Shown one piece after another: positions 51,306-64,000 of a stretch of 64,000 nucleotides of DNA. Every line of letters begins with the position of its first letter. The first letter of the stretch is position 1. The notes under the pieces are model-generated. The model made no database searches. It was not told the DNA's origin and saw only the letters and a program-made list of their open reading frames with translations. Origin of the DNA: Dictyostelium discoideum (lineage: Eukaryota). Both the position numbers and the translations under genes were made by a program. The stretch covers positions 4,480,001 to 4,544,000 of the forward strand of contig CM000150.2 in NCBI GenBank assembly GCA_000004695.1, given 5' to 3'.

Positions 51306-51796
51306 AAAAAAACCAAAAAAAAAAAGTAAAAATAATATGTTTATTTTTTTTTTTTGGTAATTAATTATTTGTTTTTGTAAAGATAAGTAAAAAAAAAAAA
51401 TAAAATAAATAAAAATAAAAAAAATAAAAAAAAAACTTGGAAATCATTTTTTAAAATGTATTTGTTTTTTTTTTTTTTTAATTATTAAAATAAAATCTTT
51501 AATCTAAAAATAATTTTCTAAAAATAATCTTTTTTTTTTTTTTTTAAAAAAAAAAAATATCTTTTTTATTTTTTGACATTTATCCACGTAAATAATATTT
51601 GTCCAACAGACATTTTCAATTAATTGTTTTTTTATTTTTTTTATTTTTTTAATTTTTATTTTTTTTCAAATTCGACTTTTTTTTTTTTTTTTTTTTTTTT
51701 TAATATTTTTTTTTTGTTAACACCACACATTAAAACTTTATATATAACAATATACATATATATATATATATATATAAAAGAAAAAAATAAAAAAAA

Positions 51797-53209
<1,413 letters not shown>

Positions 53210-53213
53210 ATTT

Positions 53214-53250
<37 letters not shown>

Positions 53251-54159
53251 AGTTACTCTTTAAATAAATAAATTTTTTTTTTTTTTTAGTATAATTGTAT
53301 ATTTAAAAGGAATTTATTTATTTTTTTTTTTTTAGATTAAATCAAAAAACAATAACCATTTTTACTTTTCTTCAAAATATTCCATCTTAAATATTTATTA
53401 TAAGGCTTAATCTTTCTTTTTCAGGTATTATTGATCGTAAAAATGAAATTTAAAAAATATTAATCAATATAAATTCAAATTTATATTTTTTAAACCTTAT
53501 TTTCACAAACAATAATACAATAAAAAAGAAGGGATTAAGCCTTTTAATAAATTTTAAGATGATTAGTAATATTAAAAATTACAGAAATATTCCATTGAGT
53601 TTTTAATATTAATTCAAACTTTTATCCTTTTATTTCCCAAATTAAATAGTTTAATTTTTGTTAATTTAATAATTTAATATTATAGATTTTTATTTTTATT
53701 TTTTTTAAAATTTAATTATATGTTGAATATTTTTGCACAATAATTTAAATAATAATTTTAAAATAATACTCACCTAAATTTTTACTGATGTTTAATTTGA
53801 ATTTTTTTATTATAGAAATAAAATATAGGTAATGATTCTTTATTTAATAATTTTCTTTTATATTTAGTTATTATGTATAAGAATTTCTATAACCTACATT
53901 AAAAAATAAAAAAAGTCTAATTACAGTTTTTCTTAAAATAATAGTGTTTAATTAATTATTTTACAACAATTATATGTACCTTTTTGTATCAATATAAGAG
54001 TTTAACTTTGATAGGTTGTTTATATATTATTTATTTTTAAAAAAGAAATAATTAATAATTCATTTTTTTTTTTTTTTTTTAACTGAAAATAATTTTTGAA
54101 AAACTTTTAATTATACCTTTTTTATAAATAAAATTTTATTGCAGTATTTTTTTGGAAAA

Positions 54160-54190
<31 letters not shown>

Positions 54191-54438
54191 ATTTTTCCAT
54201 ATTATAAAATTATTTTTATCTAATTAGGTTCATTATTTTTATAATAAATAAATTTACCCCAAATTTTAGAAATGGGGTTTAAAATAATTTAATTTTTTTT
54301 TTTTTTTTTTTTTTACCATTCAACTAATTTTCCAAAAAAAAAAATAAAAAAAATAAAACTGGAAAAAAAAAAGGTGTAAAGTTATACTAGTTTATAATTG
54401 TTATTTTTAGTAACCATTTTAAGCCAAACTAAACAAAA

Positions 54439-54675
54439 ATGATTTTTAGTAAGTATTTTGTTTTATTATATATATATATTTTTTTTTCCAAATTAAATAC
54501 TAACTCATTTCCAGAATATTTATCACAAATTTCCAAAAATACAAATAAAACCACAACTAAAAAATTTGAAAACAATAGTAATGTTATGGAAATAAAATTC
54601 TCAGTGAATGTTGTCCAAAAAAGCAGAGGTTCAGTACACACATTCTTTTATACTAGACCAAATTACTCTATTTAA
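54439..54675 (+). CDS. small ORF with micro-exon start; candidate exons 54439-54448 and 54515-54675
   Basis: ATG ATT TTT A|GTAAGT at 54449. The intron contains tactaac 12 nt upstream of the ccag acceptor (54511-54514). The 66-nt intron is in frame, so both the spliced product (MIFK-YLSQISKNTNKTTTKKFENNSNVMEIKFSVNVVQKSRGSVHTFFYTRPNYSI) and the unspliced 78-aa ORF are open. It has the same MxxF-intron start as the two hssA-like genes, but the product is not Gly/Ser-rich. Confidence 0.25.
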   Translation: MIFSKYFVLLYIYIFFSKLNTNSFPEYLSQISKNTNKTTTKKFENNSNVMEIKFSVNVVQKSRGSVHTFFYTRPNYSI

Positions 54676-54904
54676 ATAATCAAAAAAAAACCTTGTAATT
54701 TTAATAATAAATAAATAAATAAAATTGTATAAATACTATGAAAACTATATATGTATAAACTTTTTTTTTTTTTTTTTTATAATTTATTTATTTTATTAAA
54801 AAAACTTTAAAAAAAAAGATAATAGTGCTTTTATGATTTCTTTTTTTAGAAAACGTAAGCACATTAATTCTTTCTAATTCAATTGATCATAAACGAGGGA
54901 GTTA

Positions 54905-57648
<2,744 letters not shown>

Positions 57649-57869
57649 AGCTGTTGGTTCCTTTTTAATGACACTTCCGTAATTGATAGTGTGAGGCTGT
57701 ATTCTATTGTTTATATATGATGGTGGTGGTTGTTGGTTTGCAATTTTGAAACTATTGCTTAATTACACTACCTTCTTGTGAGTGTATTATATTGTATAAT
57801 GTATTGTTATATGTTTATTGTTGTTGGTGGACTTTTATTGCCTTTTGTTGTTGGTGGACTTTTGTTGTG

Positions 57870-57902
<33 letters not shown>

Positions 57903-58139
57903 GAAAAGAAAAGAATTAACAAATAAAAAACTTTAAATAATTTTTAAAACCCTTTCATATAATTATTTTTATTTGTATTTGTATTATTTTTATTATTATT
58001 ATATAATAAATGATATTTTTCTTGTTATTGTTTTATCTGTTTGTTTTGTATATGTGTTAAGTTTTTTTTTTAATGTGGTGTTTTTTTGTTGGTTTTTTTT
58101 TTTTTTTTTTCAATCAAAATTTTTTTTTTTTTTTTTATT

Positions 58140-58176
<37 letters not shown>

Positions 58177-58474
58177 ATTATTAATTGTAATTAAATTATT
58201 TGGCTAAAAATTTTAAAAGATTATGTGTTAATTAATTGAAATTGTTTATCTATTTTTTTAATTGGAAAAAAAATAAAAAAAAATAAAAAAAAATTGGTTA
58301 TAAAATTTTTTTTTTTTTTTTTTTGGGTTTTTATCTTATTAATGTTGATATAATTAATTGGTTTATTGATTATTAAAAATATTAATAAAAAATACAAATA
58401 GGAAAATAAAAATAAATAAATAAATAAATAAATAAAAATTACTTTTTTATTTTTTTTTTTTTTTTTTATTTCTT

Positions 58475-58525
<51 letters not shown>

Positions 58526-58726
58526 TGTTTTCAACATTATTTATTGTTGTTATTAATTCCCATTAAAAAATGTTTTGTTAAATTTTTGATTGTGCAGTAG
58601 TTAGTAGTAGTGGTGGTGGTGGTAATAGTAGTAGTAGTAATATAATGGTAGTGGGTGGTTAGTGATATAATTACATTTATTTGCAGTTAACAAGAAAGAA
58701 AAGACCAAAGAAACAAACACTTTTTT

Positions 58727-58773
<47 letters not shown>

Positions 58774-59912
58774 TTAAAAAAAAATAATAATAATAATAAT
58801 AATAAAAATAAAAAATTAAAAAATTAATTAGTTAGTTAGTGGGTGTTAAAATAGAGCGAGAGAGGTGAATGCGTGATAATATTAATAATGTTATTATTAT
58901 TATTATTATTTTTATTATTATTATTATTTGATAACATTAATATCAAAAGATATTGGATGATGGTAATAATTTGGCATAAAAAAAAAAAAATAAAAAAATA
59001 AAAATAAAAAAAAATTAAAAATAAAAAATAAAAAATGTTTGTGGGTTGTATTTATAAATTAAACAGATAATACATATCGATATACTGTTGCATATATATA
59101 TTTTTTTTTTATTATTATTTTTTTTATTTTTAAATTTTTTTTTTTTTTTTATTAATAATTTTATTTTTATTTTTATTTATTTATTTAATTTTTATTACTT
59201 CATTTTGCACACAAAATAAATAAATAAATAAATATTAAAAAAAAAATAAAAAAAGTTTTTTTTTTTATTTATTTATTTTCCTTAAATATTTATTTACCAA
59301 TAATAACATAAGATTTATTGAAAAAGAAAGATAAAAATTTTAAAGAATGTGATAAGTCACTAAAATAGGTTAAATTTATAGATATTAATAAAAAATTAAA
59401 TTTATATAAATTAAAAATAAAATATTAAAATATTTTTTTTATATAAAAAAAAAACAATAATAATAATAATAATAATAACCTAAAACTTGACAAAAATTAA
59501 AAAAATAAATAAACTTGGATAAAAAAAAAAATTATATGACTTATTGTTTTAAAAAATGTTTTTTTTTTTTTTTAATAATTAATTTCTTTTTTTATTTTTT
59601 TTATTTGGTTTTTTTTTTTTTTTTTTTTCCCAATAATAATATTTGTGATGGTATAGGGTTTGTATACATATTTAATATTTTTTTTTTTACTATTTTTTTT
59701 AATGTTGTTATTTTTATTATTTATTATTTTCCATATTTATACCTTTTAAAATTTTTTTTTTTTGTTTTTTTTTTTTTTTTTTTGTATTTTTAATTTCTGA
59801 ATACTTTATAAAAAAAAGAAAAAAAATATCTTTTTATCTTTATAGAAATAAAAATAGTGGAACAATCTATTATTATATGAAGTAAAGAAAATAAATTAAA
59901 ATTTAAAAATAT

Positions 59913-59948
<36 letters not shown>

Positions 59949-60193
59949 ATTAAAAACAACAAAAATAAAAATAAAATATAAAAAGTAAAAAATTAATTTC
60001 CTTTTTTTTTTTTTATTTTTTTTTTTTTATTTTTTTCTTTTTTTTTTTTTACTTCCAAATAAATTAATAGATAGTGAGTGGTGGTGTGTCAATTATACTA
60101 CTTTCGCGAGAATGAAAAATAAAAAAAAAGCGCCTTGAGTGAAAATATTTTTCACCCCCTAGCAGAAAAAAAAAATGAAATGAAAATTTTTTT

Positions 60194-60225
<32 letters not shown>

Positions 60226-60495
60226 GTTTGGTATTTTGTTATTAAATTATTAATTTAAGTACCCATCACCATGCACATTTGTGTGATTTTGCCCACTGTC
60301 CAATCTCTTGTAAAAAAAAATTGTTTCCAAGATTCTCGAAAAAAAAATGAAAAAAAAAAAAAAATAAAATAAAATAAAAATATCTTTTTTTTTTTTTTTT
60401 CATTTTTTTTTTTTTTTTTTTTTTTTCATAATTTCACAATATCCAAAACAAAAACACAAAAACACACACACACTCCCACAACAATTTCAAAATAG

Positions 60496-60526
<31 letters not shown>

Positions 60527-60669
60527 CTTTGCAAATTTTACAATTCTATTAATAATTTTTAATTTTGAACCCACAAATTTTTGATATTTTTTTTAATAAT
60601 AAAAAAATTAAATTGATTAAAAAAAAAAAATAAAAAAAAATAAAAAAAAATACCCAATACCAAAACACA

Positions 60670-62577
<1,908 letters not shown>

Positions 62578-62639
62578 ATGATATTTTTTTATTTATTTTA
62601 AATCGTTTTAATTATTTTTTAATTTTTATTTTTTTTTTT

Positions 62640-63788
62640 TCAAAGTAAAAATGGAATTAAAATTTTTCTTGATTTTGGATATTTATCACCAAATTCTTTT
62701 CTATATCTTCTATGTTTACCAACAGCCCAAATCCACATTTGAGCAGCACCCATTAATGCGAAAATCCATGAAGTTAAAGTTTGTGTGAGAATTGAGAACC
62801 CAATCCAAGATAAGATTTCAACGGTATAATTTGGACATGATACAAATTCAAATAATAAACCACGTGGAATCTTACGTTCTGTTGAACCTGCTGGACGAAG
62901 ATTTCTTAATTGAATATGACAAATGTAATTGAAAACTTCACCAATAATCCATAATCCTAAACCAAGGTAAACACGTTCAATTGGTGCTTCAGTGTAGAGT
63001 GGATGATTTACAAAGTATGATACCATTGCTGTACATCCCCAATAATATGAACAATTTTTAAAAAGATTAAAAATTGGCATTGTACCATGACTAAATCTAT
63101 GAACGAAAATTGTTTCATAAATTCTTTTAATATAATGAAGTGAATAACAAACCAATGCAACTCTATATAGATAAAAAAAATATTAAAAAAAATAAAAATA
63201 AAAAATAAAAAAAAAATGTATTAGTATTTGAGTGTGTGGGGTGAAAGAGAAGAGAACTTACTTTTGAGCAAATGATTTTGGTGAATCAGTACCATAAATT
63301 AAATTTGATAAAAAGTAAAAGATTGGATAAACAAATAATGGACCTGCATATTCACAAATGAAAACTAATGACCATGAAATTTGTGGACCTAAATCTTTAA
63401 AGTAAAGGGTTGAATCTGCTCCGACATGTTTAGAGACTAAATCACTATCTTTACCTAATGCCTCAAATGCATTTGGTAATTTTGAGGTCTTACTTGGTAC
63501 TGCTAATCTAATTCTTTCTGTTCCAAGTCTAGCTATATATATAAAAAAAAAAATTAAAAAATAAAAAATAAAAATATAAAAAAATAAAAAAATAAAAATA
63601 AATAAAAAATGGTGATTATATATTAATATAAAAGTAGAAATAAATTTTTAATAATAATAATAATAATAAGAAAACTTACTCTTTGAGGAAATTTGCTTTT
63701 TTAATTCACCAACTGTTGTTGACGAAGAAGTTGAAAATGAACCAACTTCTTTTTTTGATCTTTGTGAAACAACTTTAATATCAACCAT
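62640..63788 (-). CDS. very-long-chain trans-2-enoyl-CoA reductase (TECR/Tsc13, 3-oxo-5-alpha-steroid 4-dehydrogenase family); exons 63788-63680, 63532-63262, 63162-62640
   Basis: Ubiquitin-like N-terminus MVDIKVVSQRSKKEVGSFSTSSSTTVGELKKQISSK. Exon 2 is ...YFKDLGPQISWSLVFICEYAGPLFVYPIFYF... Exon 3 is K-VALVCYSLHYIKRIYETIFVHRFSHGTMPIFNLFKNCSYYWG...LRPAGSTERKIPRGLLFEFVSCPNYTVEILSWIGF...KHRRYRKEFGDKYPKSRKILIPFLL*. It is nearly colinear with human TECR. Introns 63533-63679 and 63163-63261 are both GTAAGT...tatag. Confidence 0.85.
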
Positions 63789-64000
63789 TTTTTATTTTAT
63801 TAGTTGTTTTTAAAAAAAAAAAAAAAAAAATAAAAAAAAATTTAAAAAGGCTCCATGAAAAAATTTAAAAAAATTAAAAAAAAAATCTTAAAAAAAAAAA
63901 AAAAAAAAATAAAAAAAATAAAAATGATCAACTAAAAAATTTATTCTATAAATTACTAAAATAGTACAAACGAAACCCTATAAAATTAAAATCAGATTTT

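Overview
This is AT-rich (about 75-80% A+T) eukaryotic nuclear DNA with the hallmarks of a Dictyostelium-type social-amoeba genome. It has (AAT)n/(CAA)n coding microsatellites that give poly-N/poly-Q tracts. Its introns are short (60-250 bp), with GTAAGT/GTATGT donors and AG acceptors, sometimes with a TACTAAC branch box. It contains FNIP-repeat, hssA/2C/7E-type and abcG-type genes, and genes are flanked by long homopolymer A/T runs. It is not a prokaryotic locus. I found no operons, CRISPR arrays or defense-island architecture, so I do not claim an undescribed bacterial-style 'system'. I recognise about 28 protein-coding genes, most with reconstructed splice structure: a Tag-like 3-methyladenine glycosylase (partial); two hssA-like micro-exon genes; a MutY homolog; a C39-like peptidase; a FNIP-repeat protein; two tandem full-size ABCG/PDR transporters; an SDR-like protein; a giant SNF2/Brahma-type chromatin remodeler (two exons); an RCC1-repeat protein; a saposin-like protein; an Asn-rich membrane protein; a subtilisin-like protease; an HMG-box protein; a hotdog thioesterase; mitochondrial FtsZ (reconstructs to 366 aa, fszB-like); MetAP2; a Dbf4-type zinc-finger protein; Ste24/ZMPSTE24; and trans-2-enoyl-CoA reductase (TECR). 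The most interesting structural observation is the pair of tandem ABCG paralogs. They are about 90% identical, but the second copy carries four additional phase-consistent introns. The inter-paralog spacer holds a roughly 140-bp inverted-repeat pair and a micro-inverted relic of the gene's 3' end. Other points worth a second look are two bacterial-type genes (Tag-like, C39-like) flanking the MutY homolog, and a MetAP2 intron whose only available splice sites are phase-incompatible across a T35 homopolymer. All coordinates are derived by eye from the sequence and the ORF track. Splice junctions are inferred from GT-AG rules plus protein-family conservation and need RNA-seq confirmation.
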